From Vicugna vicugna (Eukaryota): 64,000 bases of DNA. This document shows positions 52,311 to 64,000 of the stretch, piece by piece. The DNA is taken from NCBI GenBank assembly GCA_013265495.1, contig MU058337.1, positions 2,572,686-2,636,685 of the forward strand. The letters run 5' to 3'. A model generated the notes under the pieces. That model searched no databases. It had not been told where the DNA came from and was given only the letters and a program-made list of their open reading frames with translations. The position numbers were made by a program, and so were the translations under genes. How positions within the stretch are numbered: the first letter of the stretch is position 1; every line of letters begins with the position of its first letter.

Positions 52311-52719
52311 TTTCAGTGATTTATTCTTTGATGTTATCAGGAGGCATGATTGGAAGTTTCAATGTGGGAAGAGGCCACACAATGAACAGTGTCATCTGGA
52401 ATCTTTTCATCTGGGTTCTTTCTGCAGCTGATCACCTTCAGCTCTAGCAAAAGAAACTTGTCATCCGTAGCATGCCTCCATCAAGATATTCATGCACTAA
52501 ACATGTTTTATGAAGCGAGTATGTTCAAGGGAAAATGCTGGGATTCGGATGGAGCAGTGGAAAATGAAAATTATTACAATAATCATGTAATGTACATTGA
52601 GATGTACACACAGGAAAAGTACCACGTGAGAATACGGGCACTCCAGACGTCGTCTGCAAGACCAGAAAGACATACTTGGAAAAGTGGGTAAGCAGAATGT
52701 TCTCGGCAGAGAATAGGAA

Positions 52720-53680
52720 TTGCAGGTGCTTAAGATAAGAAAAGAGTTTATGGCGTTGGAGAAATAAAAGGAAGGGCAGTACAGGCTGGAGAGTAAGGCA
52801 CGGAGGTTGGGAGTAAGAGTGATGTCTGGAGTGCAGAGAAAACGTAGATCCTAATTCTGCAGCTTTAGCCAGAGCCCAGCCACAAGGTGACTCGTAGATC
52901 ATACACACATCTTGGATGGGTCACTCTGGTTCCTGAGCGGAGAATAGCTTTAGAGAGAAACGAGAATGAAATTATTAGAAGGTATTGTGCTCGAGAGATG
53001 AGGGTGGCTGGCACCAGGAGGGTGGAAATGGCTGTAGCAAGAATAGGGTGGACATGGAAGCTATTTAGCGTGTAGAATCCGCAGGACTTGACTTTGTGAG
53101 TTTAGCTTCTGGATGAGATAATGGCATTGGAGAAGCCAGTTTGGGGCAAAAGATCAGATCGTCTGTCAGTTTAGAGTATGATTACTTTAAAATAATTGTG
53201 AGACATGTGTATAGGATTTTAATTAATTGCATATATATGAGCTGATACCAGAAGTTTGAAAGAGAGGTATATGTGAGTGTCAAGGGTACATTGTTAGTAT
53301 TTGAAACTGTGAGAGTAAAAGACACTTTTGAGGGACAAGGATCACGTAGTAGAGGTTCAAGTTTGTACAGAGGACAACAGACCAGTGAAGAAAACTGATG
53401 AACACCAGCCAGAAGTTCAATAGGAAATCCAAGAATGCGGGAGTCCCTTACACCAAAGGAAGTAAGTGAAAGAAGGAAGATGACCAAGTGTGTCAACAGC
53501 TGCTAAGGGACTCAGTGAAATTAGCAAGCTCAAGTCCATCGGTTTAAGCAACAAAGGCATTTTTGACTTTTGGCAGAGTCGTGTCCAGGCTATTATTTAT
53601 GAATTGAGGAGTGAATGGGAAGGGAGGTGAGAAAAGGAGAGAAAAGAGACAGACTCTGGAGAGGAATGTGGAGTCCCAGG
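52720..53680 (-). mobile_element. L2 fragment
   Basis: gagagatgagggtggctgg...tagaatccgcaggacttg...tgtgtcaacagctgctaagggactcagt...tgaggagtgaatggg. Confidence 0.75.
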
Positions 53681-54034
53681 AGGGTTTTCCAACAGATGAG
53701 AATCTGGGTGGTATGCTCAAATTATTTTGGCACTACATTAAAATTATTGAAATGTTTCCTTGTGGCCTTTCTTTTTTTACATGAAAGTTGAATGTTTCAG
53801 TCTCCATATTTTCCTATCTTTATAACCACTGGCCTTTAGGAATGCCACTCCACAGTGGGGGAAGAGCACTTGGCGTTTCCATGCTGGAAGGATTTCCTAA
53901 ATACTGTACTGGGGGCGCTAGAGTATTTATTGATGGACTGTCTATGTGGACAGACTTACTGAGCTCCCAGACACAGACCTGTCGGTGCTCAACACCTTCC
54001 CTATAACACGACTGCAGGGCCCCCCCCACTGCAC

Positions 54035-54048
54035 CCAGCAGGTGGCTC
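54035..54048 (+). promoter_or_regulatory. CTCF core-like motif
   Basis: ccagcaggtggctc versus consensus CCAGCAGGTGGCGC; single motif, binding untested. Confidence 0.3.
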
Positions 54049-54739
54049 AAGGTCATAATTCCTCTCCATTGACGTCAGTCATTGTATTTGACTTCGTTTA
54101 TGTTACCCCCTCACCCAACCTTTGTGCCACATTTATTATACAACTCACACCTTACACACAGTAGCTCCCAGAAAACGAATCATTACTTTATGCATTTCCC
54201 TGACACTCACCTCCTGGGGTTCATGCCCCACCCTCTCATGAGATAACCCGGAAAACCGTATGTCCCATGTTTCATACCGACCGCCTTCTGTTCTCGTCCG
54301 CTTTGCTTTCCCAATCCTACTATCTTCCACCATCAAGTCAAAATGACATTAATAAATAAACCCCAGGGAATAAAAAGAACCCTCAAGCAGCAGTGTCAAT
54401 CATGCACATTCTATTATGTACTCTTTATTAAAAATCAGTTTATGTTCAATTATATGCATTAATATTCTAATCTTCATATTATAATCAGTTAATTAGTAGT
54501 AATTAGTGTAGTTTAACTAGCCCAAAATAGCTGTCACAAGTCTTATATGCTCTTTATAATTCTACTTATGCCCAGTAACATCTATTTAAAAAATTATTTT
54601 AGAAAAAATAGTTTAAAACATTGTAAAAATCACATTGTTTTCTTTCAAATTGACAATGTCTTGAACTCTGAAGAGCATGTCTAAATTAAATGGTGTCAAC
54701 TGGGATTTGTAAGGACAGTGAATAATTCTCATAGGACTT

Positions 54740-55243
54740 ACAGTAGACAGAATAACCACCCCCCACCCCCAGAGAGGTCTATACTGCAATCCCTGGGACC
54801 GGTGTATACGTCAACCTACGAGGCAAAAGGGACTTTGCAGATGTGATTAAGTGAAGGATCTTGTGATGGGAGATGGTACTGAATTACTCAGGAGAATCCA
54901 ATGTAGTGACAACGGTTCTTATAGGAGGAAGGAAAGAGAGGGAAATGAGTGGTAACAAGGGACGTGGAGGGCAGAGTTAGAGATCTGAAGATGCTCCTTG
55001 CTGGCTTTGAAGACAGAGGAAGGTGCCTCGAGCCAAAAATACCTTTTCAGATACAGCCGAAGCAAGGCAGCAGAGTGTCCCCTAAAAGCTACCGAGGCTC
55101 ACCGCCCTGGTGGCACCTTCATTTGGACCCAGGTAAGCCCATTTCTGACATCAGACCTCCACAACTGCAAGGTAATGAGTCTATGTCGTGCTAAGCCAGT
55201 AAGTTTGGGGTGCTTTGTCACGGCCGCAACAGGGAGCTCACAG
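54740..55243 (+). mobile_element. MaLR solo LTR, MLT1D-like
   Basis: ggcaaaagggactttgcagatgtgattaagtgaaggatcttg...tgctggctttgaagacagaggaagg...ccatttctgacatcagacctccacaactgcaagg...aagccagtaagtttggggtg. Confidence 0.92.
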
Positions 55244-55540
55244 GGCGTCCTCCAACCACGCGGTGAGGTGGCCGAGGCGACGTTCCCCGCGCCGCGCCGC
55301 GCCGGGGCTTTCAGCGAGGGGGTGGGCGGCCGCGGCCGTGCGTTCACACAGCCAGAGCGCCGAGGCGGAGGAGGGGAGAGGTCAGCGCTGCTGAAGGTGA
55401 GGGGTGGCTCACGAGGGCCGGGGAGGCCAGGGAAGCAGACCCGAGACACCTGCTTAACAGAGCCCTCCCGCGGAGGAGCTGGAGGAGAAAAGAGGAAGAC
55501 GCGTGATATTTGCCGCTGCGGACACTTCATACCTGTGAGT
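55220..55540. promoter_or_regulatory. Small dense CpG island
   Basis: More than 30 CpGs in about 300 bp by manual count; GC box gggcgg; NotI site 55326-55333; plus-strand donors at 55397 and 55535. Confidence 0.75.
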
Positions 55541-55737
55541 CTCCTGTTACTCTCTTCAGTGTTTTATAAAATCCGGAAAAAAATTAGTCTTTTCTCTCGA
55601 GGCGGGGGAGGGGCACCTATTTATCAGTCCTGAGAAGACTCAGAAACCATTCTGAAAAGATTTCTGTGGATGTGGAATAGATTCAAGATGTTTCCCTTTC
55701 TGACATTTAGCTGACCGTAAAAATAAAAATAAAGAAA

Positions 55738-55784
55738 TGTATATAAATATGTGTGTGTGTATATACATACATACATATATATAT
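55738..55784. repeat. Mixed (TA)/(TG)/(CATA) simple repeat
   Basis: Read directly. Confidence 0.75.
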
Positions 55785-55904
55785 AAAACACTGCGAAAAT
55801 ATTAAATACTGAGAAAGTCTAAATTTGAATGCCTTCTAGCAAATCCACAAAATCTTTGTGCTTTATTCTCTTTGCCTGTGTTCAAAGTTTGACTTCATAT
55901 ACAT

Positions 55905-55965
55905 ATTTTTTTAAGTTGAAGTATAGTCAGGAACAATGTGTCAGTTTTCTGTGTACAGCATGTTT
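55905..55965 (-). mobile_element. Very short L1 3' terminus
   Basis: tttttttaagttgaagtatagtc...acaatgtgtcagttttctgtgtacagcatg, similar to the reverse complement of the L1 end near 14200. Confidence 0.65.
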
Positions 55966-57062
55966 CAGACTGTATTTTTTGCAACAAGTTTGCCAAAGCA
56001 GTGTCCCATAAAAAGATGCATAGCTCATTGCATTTCCAGGTTAACTAGAGACACAAAATGATGACATTCCATTGTTACATCAGAATGCCCTCATTAAGTA
56101 TGACAGAGCTCTTTACAGAAGTATAGGAGAATAAACGTGAAAAAATCTTATTTAGCTGGCTCGATTTAACACTTAAAAAATAAGTGAGTCATGCCATAAG
56201 GGCTGCGCGTCAAACACACAAAGAGAAAAGAATTATTCCCAGTGACAATCAAGAACTAGTTGAGCTTGATGGTTTTTTAGCAGCTGTGTGCAAATCTTTA
56301 TCTATCAATGGCCATGGGGAAACGTTGTCAACATCTGGAGTTTTTATTAAACAAATACCAACAGCTACCATTTGATTGCTCTTTCCCAAAGCAAAGATTA
56401 AATAATAGTCCATCAGACACCTGCTGCATGAGATTCATCACGGCAGCTTGTCCTCCATCAAGCACAAAGTAGCATCTTCCTCGCATCCTCCGGCACGCAA
56501 GACCCATCAGTGCGTGTGTGCGTGTATGTGTGTGTGATTAAAACTGGAAACAGAAAAAAAGAATACTGATTAAGGAGGAATGCACTGTCTTCCTTATTTA
56601 AGTGGTAATTTTAAAAAAATTGAAAATGAGATCACTGCATTATAACACGGTCATGTATTTTTCTGTGAATTTTAGATTCCATGTGCTCTTTTATTATAAT
56701 ATTACTGTGTTTTGGAAGGTTATCCACATCCAATAGGACTTGGAATGAATCATAATAAACTTCCAAAGACAGAAATGGTGGGGGACCCATTAAAACAAGA
56801 GCTATCAGAATTGGAGGAGAGAAAGCACTAATTTGCATAAGTGTTTTGACATAAGTGTAAGAGCTGTATGTCTGGACAGTCAAGCTGTTGCTCTGAGTAT
56901 CAACTGGAACTTTGCCAGTGCCATGCAGCGGTCCTATGAGATACATACATGGCTTTGACCTGGCAACTGGCAACACCTTTCCCAAAGACAATGTCCTCTC
57001 CTATGGGAAGAAGTCCAAGTACAACAATGTTAATAATGAGTATCATTTGAAATTGTTGATAT

Positions 57063-57245
57063 CAGTGCCACTGAAAACATGGTCCTCCGACCAGCCACAT
57101 CAGGATCACCTGGAAGCTGGTTAGAAACGTACCTCCCTGGACTCCGCAACCAAACTCCTGGATCAGTTTTTACAAACGTGACAAGTATCTGGATTTTAAC
57201 ACGTTTTCTAAATAATTAGTGTGCATGCTAAATTAGAACCACAGG
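57063..57245. mobile_element. MER5-like hAT-Charlie element
   Basis: catggtcctccgaccagccacatcaggatcacctggaagctggttagaaa...gattttaaca...agaaccac. Confidence 0.8.
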
Positions 57246-59654
57246 TTAATGTGATTTGGGGGCATCACTAACTTGAATTTCTTTATAAAATACTGAGAAC
57301 GTTTTGAGTTTTATGCAACCCCCTAATGATTGGTCATATAGGGGTTGATGATCTAAATATGTCATTTTCAGAGATACCTCATTAAAAAAATTCCTTCATG
57401 TTTCATTTTATAAAAGTATTCAGATATATGGGACTAGGACTATCTAGAACTTTTTCTAGATTTAATTGTAAATGAAGAAATACATGTTTTTAATATGCTG
57501 TGGGAGTAATTCATTCAGTTCAGAAGGAAAAAAAATAGTTGGAGTAAAATAAAATCATCAGGGCTGAAGGAAAATGTTTTTGGTGGTACAGTGTTTGAAA
57601 GTGCTTTCTGGATTGTAAACCTAGACTTAAGAGTTGAAGTTGTATTTAGAGTACGAATTGAATCAATACTACTCTGACTACCATGATGCACACTTTTCGT
57701 TTTTAAGATGTTGTAAGTAATATTTAGACACTAGTAAGTGCATCTTTCAGGTGTGTCCTCACATAAGTTAGTGGACTAAGCCTGGCTTAAAGATGAGAGT
57801 TAATTACATTCACGGAATGAAAATGTGTTGCCAGGAAAGTTGCTGGCACAGCATCAGTGATGTGCCGTCTCTTGCTTTGCTTCCGTGGTTGCAATACATC
57901 AGCAAGTTCACATTCAAGGGGAGTGGAAAGGGAGAAAGCTCAGCGTGAGATCCTTTGGTCCCTTTAATCAGAAAAGCAAATCTTTCTTTAAAACCCCCCA
58001 GTGGGCCTTGGATTAAGGCTCATTGCCACATGAGGCCACCTTTAATGGGAGGGGCATGGGGGTGGGAATGACTTGACATCAGCCTGTCAACCACTTCTGA
58101 ACAGCCAGACTAGGGCTGCCACAAACAACGTGGACAAGACCCAGATCATTTTTCAGATCAATAATTCTGTAATCAGTAGATATTTGCTTAGTGATTAATG
58201 TCAATCACCACCGTGCTCTTGAAACAAGCTGGTTCTTGAAACCCTATAAATGTATTTAAAGATGAACATGTTTACAGGCTCTTTGTCTCTGAGGATTCTA
58301 ATAAGTGGTTGAATACATGTGATAGGAAAAAACCTAAGTAGCCATTTCTCATCTCTTATTTCCAGCAAGATTTACTGATACAAAACAGATGTTCATTGCC
58401 TGCGTCCACACTTACCCAGGGAGATGCGCTGCGTGGCTGTCCTCGGTGACCTCGCCTAGCGTCTCTCTGCATACCACCTCAAGGATGCTCACCCAGGACA
58501 TGGTGCTTTGTCAGGCACAGCCCTATCAGCAGCAGGGAGATGAACTCAATGAACTTTCAAGGTCTCTTTTAAGGCTATCATCGGATTTGCTTGCCTGTGT
58601 AGTCCCAGCACTTGTTTATATCCACATGAGGTCAATGCTTCCTCCCTCCTATTAATTTTCCTGCCATCTGTGCTGCCAGATGTAGTGAGAACAAGGGTTC
58701 ACTCCACCCTGGGGAGGAAAAAGGCAGCTCCGCCCAACTGCTCTGCCCCAGCCTCAGAATTGATTCTTTCCTTTGTTCCAGAAGATCTGTGCTCTCATTT
58801 ACCAGAAGTGAAGGTCTGAGTGTACAACCTAGTTGAAAAGAGTTCTCTGTTTAGTGCAAAGAAGGTTCAACCTAAATGGATAATGTTGCATATAACTTCT
58901 TCATTTTTGCTATTCATAAAATATTTTGAGACGTACCTGATGGCCAGAGATATGCTAGATCATGTTTTATATTATTGAGTGATCCACCAAAGATAATTGG
59001 GATAAGATTCACTCAGAGAAGGCGTCCAAAGGAACATGAAGTAAGGAAAGTCAGGGCCCAAGATCATTTTATAAAAGGGATAGAAAAGACTTAAGTCTCT
59101 GCTTCCATTCCTGGAGCAAACTTATACATTATCCCCGAAATGTGAGAGGTACCAAAATAGGGAGTTTGTGCATTACGTCTTGTTCCTCAGTGTTTTTTTT
59201 TATTCGTTTTGTACCCTTGATATCACAGCACTGAGAATAATGGGAGGCATTGGGCAAGGAGACTGGGGGTGGAGAGGACTTCCAAGGTCATCCAGCCATC
59301 TCATTTCACGTTACAGACACAGCCGCCGAGGCGTGCAGAGGTCAGGCGGCTTTCCCCAGCCCTTCCCCGCACAGAGCTCCCTGTTGCACAGAAAATAGCT
59401 CATTCTTGTAACACGGAATTATATTTGACATGTTAATATTTTAGTTACCGTTCCCACATCCATCTAGAAATCGTATCTACCAAATTGAATTTTTTATTTA
59501 TTGAGTCAAAAAAACCACTCCTTTTAAATTATATGAATACTAGTAGCTTTTAAGAATAAGTTTACACTAGGGTTGAACCATTCCTAGCGTTCTCATGATG
59601 TTCACAAAGGTGAGATGTGCAACTGAATTGAACAGGAAATGATCATAACAGAAT

Positions 59655-59721
59655 GCTGCTACTACTACTGCTAATAAAAATAAAAATAAAATAATAATAA
59701 TAATAATAACAATAATAATAA
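59655..59721. repeat. (CTA)n/(TAAAAA)n/(TAA)n simple repeat
   Basis: Read directly. Confidence 0.85.
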
Positions 59722-59959
59722 AGTATGAGTTCAGTCTGTCCGGGTTCTGCCTTTCACTGACTTTGATAAATCACTCAACCTGCCAGGACTCCTGTTACCT
59801 TAGACTGAGATCATTAGTCAACAGGTGCGCCTGTTGAGTCTGCACACTTTGTCCTTTGGGATAAAATATTCAATGTTTTAGTTTTACTAAATTTCCAGTG
59901 TAGTTTAAAAAGTTATCCAAAGGCTATTCTAGTACCCTATTGAAGAAAAAGAAATAAAG

Positions 59960-60004
59960 CAACATAAATCAACTATACACCAATTTAAAAAAAAGAAAAA
60001 AAAA
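59960..60004 (+). mobile_element. L1 extreme 3' tail
   Basis: taaatcaactatacaccaattt followed by poly-A. Confidence 0.55.
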
Positions 60005-61089
60005 TACTAAAGAGAAATGGGTCAGCAGAGGCAAGTTCAACATGAGTGCCAGATTTCCGACCAAAATCCTGAAATCCCAGGAGGGCCAAGGGCAAAGATC
60101 AATATGGATATTTGGAAAGCCAAGCCAGCTAAAAGGAAATTACAGATTTATCACTTCAGACGTGAGTTCTGGCCACCATCTCCCATTTGGCTGGAAGGCA
60201 TCAGTTTCAATGCACGGCTTATCAATGCTTAACTGCTCCTGTGGTTTAGCAACTCCTGGCAGTTTTAGACAGATTAATTCAACAATTAATTTCCAACTCA
60301 TTGGGGAAATTGGAAACCGAGGTGTATAAGTATTTGCAGGATTTGATTAGCCATACCATTCCAACTTTAAAAGTTCTCAAATTATATTAAAAAGTAGAGT
60401 TAGTCAAATTTTTTAGGGGTAGCATGAGTACACTCTGGTTTTAAGTCCCTTGTACTCACCCTGTTACTCCATAAAACAAAACAAAGGTCCCATCAGCATC
60501 CACGGAAGTTCTGTCACGTATCGAGCTCTTATGATGTGCATTTTAAGTTGTGTATGTTACCGAGCCTTTAGGATCAGATGAGCGATGCAAACTGCATAGT
60601 AGTGTTTGATAGGAATCCTCAGGGAAAGTACTTCTCTTAGGATGGAAAAAGAAACCACAAAATAGTAAAGAGCACACTGAGTTCATTAGAAGAGAAGTTC
60701 CCAGGAGGCTGTAGTTAGTTCCTGAGGATTAGAAAGACATTTCACAGCCTGAGAGGCGATCTCTTCAGTGTTGGGAGCCTGTGCGTGCAGAGAGCTGGCA
60801 ACCTCACTCAGCTTCAGGAATGGCTCAGCCCTGCTCTGCTGAAGACACAGCGGGGAGTGTGAATGGGTGTCATGATGGGAACCAAACTGCCCCTCGGGCT
60901 ACTCTTGTCCTGGTTAGTTGTTGCTACACCTTGGAAGGAGATCCAACACGGATTGCCTCTGCTCGCCTTTGGAGGTCTTCTACCTCCTCCTCTGAGCCTC
61001 TCCTTCTGCCCTTGAGCTGCTTTGTCATTCTCTTCTCAAGGGGCTGCTAAACCCAGGAACAAATAATGGAGTTCCCTGTTGCAAGAAAA

Positions 61090-61437
61090 CACAAAATATT
61101 ATTCAGCTTTAAAAAAGAAGAGGATCCTGTCACATGTTACAACAGGGATGAACCTTGAGGACATCCTGCTAAGTGAAATGAGCCAGTCACAAGCAGACCA
61201 ACACTCTGAGATTTTACTTACATGAGGTATCTAAAGGAGTCAACTTCACACAGCAGGAAGTAGAAAGATGCTTCCTGGGGTTGGTGGGGAGGGGCAAGAA
61301 GGAGCGTTGTTGTTGAATGAGCAGAGTTTCAGATTCGTAAAATGTCAAAGTCCCAGAGGGCTGTTTAACTCCTGAACTGTAAACTTAAAATTAGTTAAGA
61401 TGGTAAATTTTATGTTGTCCATTTTTGCCACAAAAAA
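61090..61437 (+). mobile_element. L1MA/L1MB 3' UTR
   Basis: aatattattcagctttaaaaaagaag...gatgaaccttgaggacatcctgctaagtgaaatgagccagtcacaa...gttaagatggtaaattttatgtt. Confidence 0.9.
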
Positions 61438-61499
61438 CCCAAAGCTTAAAGGCAATAATTAATAGCTTCAAAGTAATCACAGAAAATATAACTGTTAGC

Positions 61500-62560
61500 T
61501 GGTGATTTTAAACTCAGCTAGAGAAATCAAGAGAGAGGAGAAATGAAAACATTTGAATAGTAATTGAGTCCAAAAATCTTTATCAAAAGGGGTGTTACAA
61601 GATGTAACTACTTAAACAGAGAAAAGTAGCCCAGATATTAAAACTGAATTGAAATAATGATAACACTGTGCAAGAGTCAACTTGAGGAAAGTGTATTTTA
61701 GCAAGAAATCAGTAAACACTCATGCCACTAGAGATAGAGTAGAAATAAATTCAGACCAAAAAGCTGGGGTGTTTTGGTGTCTAACAAAAGATGTCAACCT
61801 TTCCCAGACTGATTATATAAGTGAACAGATGTAAAGAACTAACTACATTTGGGGGGATTAAATATAATTGCAAATACAGCAGATGTTTGAGTAAATCGTT
61901 AGATAAATACGTAGGCAGTTTTAAACTATTTATTTGAAACTCTGAATGAAATAATTTTTAAGAAACTATAATTCACCAAACTAATACAAGATTATAATAA
62001 AACTATCAAGTTGCTCATCAATATTTTCTTTGACTTGGTTATTATCTCTTTAAACATGTACTTTTCTGACAATACCAAGCATAGGTAGGGATGTCATGGG
62101 ATAGAAATTTCCAAGACACTTAAGCTCCCATCAGCATCGTAAGACATAAAGCCCTGGACCACGATGGACAGATGGACAGCTGCGATGTAGAATGCGCCCA
62201 GGGACACGGACACACACACTCATGTGGGTATGTATTTTTAAATATCTAATGGCAAGAGCAAGATGAACAATGATGTGCAGTATGCAATAGTGTTATGTAA
62301 AATGTGAACATTTTTTGTTTTATAGTAAACTATTCAACAATTTAAGATGAACACCAAATTGAAAATAGTGATTCTTTTTGGAGAGCAATGAACAGAAATG
62401 AGATTAGGGGAGAGAGACTAAAAGGAGGCTTCAACTACACCTACATTTTTTGTTTCATTAAAATATGCTCACACAAATATGGCTAAGTTGTAATATTGGG
62501 TGAAGAGGTGAGTATACATGAATTCATGTACACTTTTTAATCTCTTTTCCTAGGTTTTGA
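61500..62560 (+). mobile_element. Highly diverged L1 fragments
   Basis: A-rich sequence with weak L1-like motifs (aaactatttatttgaaactctgaatgaaata, gaaactataattcaccaaactaatacaag). Confidence 0.45.
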
Positions 62561-63229
62561 AATACTGACTCTCAACATGTTCACATAACCAAACAAAACA
62601 TTTAAGAAAACAGAGCAGGTCCTGAATAAACAAGCCAGGAGGCATTTTAAATATTTTTGCAATTCTGAATAAACCAAGTCCCTTTATGCAACTAAGACGG
62701 GTATGAGTGCATTTATTCCACGATTGATTTCACTGAACTTGGAGATATTTCAAGTTGGAAACTGTTTCAGAACAGGTTTTCGTTGTTCGCTTTTACCAGA
62801 ACATGCACATCTTGGAGCAGAACTTCCTGAATTGACATTATTCCACGTGGCGCTAAATCCCAGTTAAGAGACCTGGTTATCAAAGTGCTATCAAGACTTC
62901 CAGTGCGCCTGCGACCGCACCTGCACGCGAGGCTCCCAGAGCGTCACATTTTTATTTCAGCAGGCTGCCTTCCCTCGGATTTCCTACGAATCCAAACAAC
63001 ACTTCTGCCTGGCTTCCCATCTGGTTCTTGGTGGTAAGTGATGGCGTAAAGTAGCGCTCAGAGATTTGGAAAGGAGACTTCGTACACGTGGCCCCTCAAT
63101 GCAAACAAACAGAACCTGGATGTGACCCCAGGGTCGTTATGCCCTCAATATTAAAATAACGATGTATTACATGTGACAAAACAATCCAGAGTAATAATTT
63201 TAATTCATTTCAAATGAATGAGCCTTCAC

Positions 63230-63480
63230 TAAGAGTGACGCTTTTCTAGGTCCTGTGGGAAATCTGAAGATGTTTAAACATTATATATAGGCTTCAAGAA
63301 CTTGATGTTTTAAAAGAGACACGGGACACAGATGATAAATAACTGTATGAAATGGATAATTCTTGGGGCATGAGGTTTCACACAAATTCGTGTGCAGAAG
63401 AAAATTTGGAAGGCGTTCTGGGAGTGATAGATTTCAATCTGGGCATTGATGGATGAATAAAAAGTTCACTTGGGCATATT
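63230..63480 (-). mobile_element. L2 3' fragment
   Basis: ttctaggtcctgtggga...ggcttcaagaacttgatgttt...gggcattgatggatgaata. Confidence 0.5.
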
Positions 63481-63811
63481 TAAAATAACTTGCTTTATTA
63501 TCGAAGTTATATTTATTTATTTTAGGGTCTGGGGGTCATTCAGAGCACAGTGGAGGGGATGGCTTATTGTGTGCGATGTGCTTCTGTATTTCAATAGTTA
63601 AAGGACCCTCAGATCTCTTCCCACGACGGGTCCCATTGGCACAAACACTGCTAGGTTCCCACAGGAGAAAATGCAGATGATGGAACTGGGAGCCTCTGAC
63701 TGCCCGGGGATGAGCTTATACTGTGGGGGTGTCACTTTTCCTCCAAAGTAGAAAACAGATTCCAGTCTCCCCCTTTTATGCGGGACCATTTGGAAAAGCC
63801 ATTGGAAAGCA

Positions 63812-64000
63812 AAATACACAACTCAGAGATATTGTGGGTTCATTCCAGTCCACCACAATAGAGCAAGTATCACAGTAAAGCATGGATCACAAAAAAGTGA
63901 GTTGCATGATTTTTTTGGTTCCCGGTGCATGTAAAAATTATGCTTATACCACAGCCATTGGTCTATTAACTGTGCAGTGGTATTATGTCTAAAAACAATG
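63812..64000. mobile_element. Tigger1 (TcMar) terminal fragment, runs off the window
   Basis: ctcagagatattgtgggttcattccagtccaccacaata...tttttggttcccggtgcatgtaaaaattatg...gtctattaactgtgcagtggtattatgtctaaaaacaatg. Confidence 0.88.

Noticed and set aside
54998..55633. Longest ORF in the track (211 aa) and the antisense 143-aa ORF
   Set aside because: They run through the MLT1D LTR and the CpG island, where stops are rare; the longer one has a non-ATG start, and neither shows a recognisable domain.
59818..59837. Hairpin tcaacagg-tgcg-cctgttga
   Set aside because: Several 8-bp stems with short loops are expected by chance in 64 kb; no supporting context.
1..64000. CRISPR arrays, operons or other prokaryotic systems
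   Set aside because: No regularly spaced repeat-spacer array or gene-dense coding structure; the repeat content is clearly eutherian.

Overview
Mammalian genomic DNA, most likely from a camelid (alpaca/camel/llama), judged from two copies of a tRNA-derived SINE matching the camelid Vic-1 type and artiodactyl-type L1 3' ends. The window is AT-rich and intronic/intergenic, with many old eutherian repeats (L1, L2, MIR, MLT1 LTRs, an ERV-L pol remnant, MER5A, MER58A, Tigger1). I recognise no intact protein-coding gene; the supplied ORFs look like chance or repeat-derived frames. Repeat family names and boundaries are by-eye recollections of consensus sequences, not search results. The best-supported unusual structures are: (1) a near-perfect 2.8-kb head-to-tail tandem duplication (about 39567-45196) whose unit carries a 101-nt exon-like cassette with strong splice signals; (2) a 118-bp inverted copy of sequence from 1.85 kb downstream, inserted inside an old L1 (33715-33832 vs 35686-35803); (3) a CpG-enriched region at 25.5-26.3 kb with splice donors on both strands; (4) a compact CpG island starting exactly at the end of an MLT1 LTR (55.2-55.5 kb). 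I cannot support a new biological system beyond these hypotheses.
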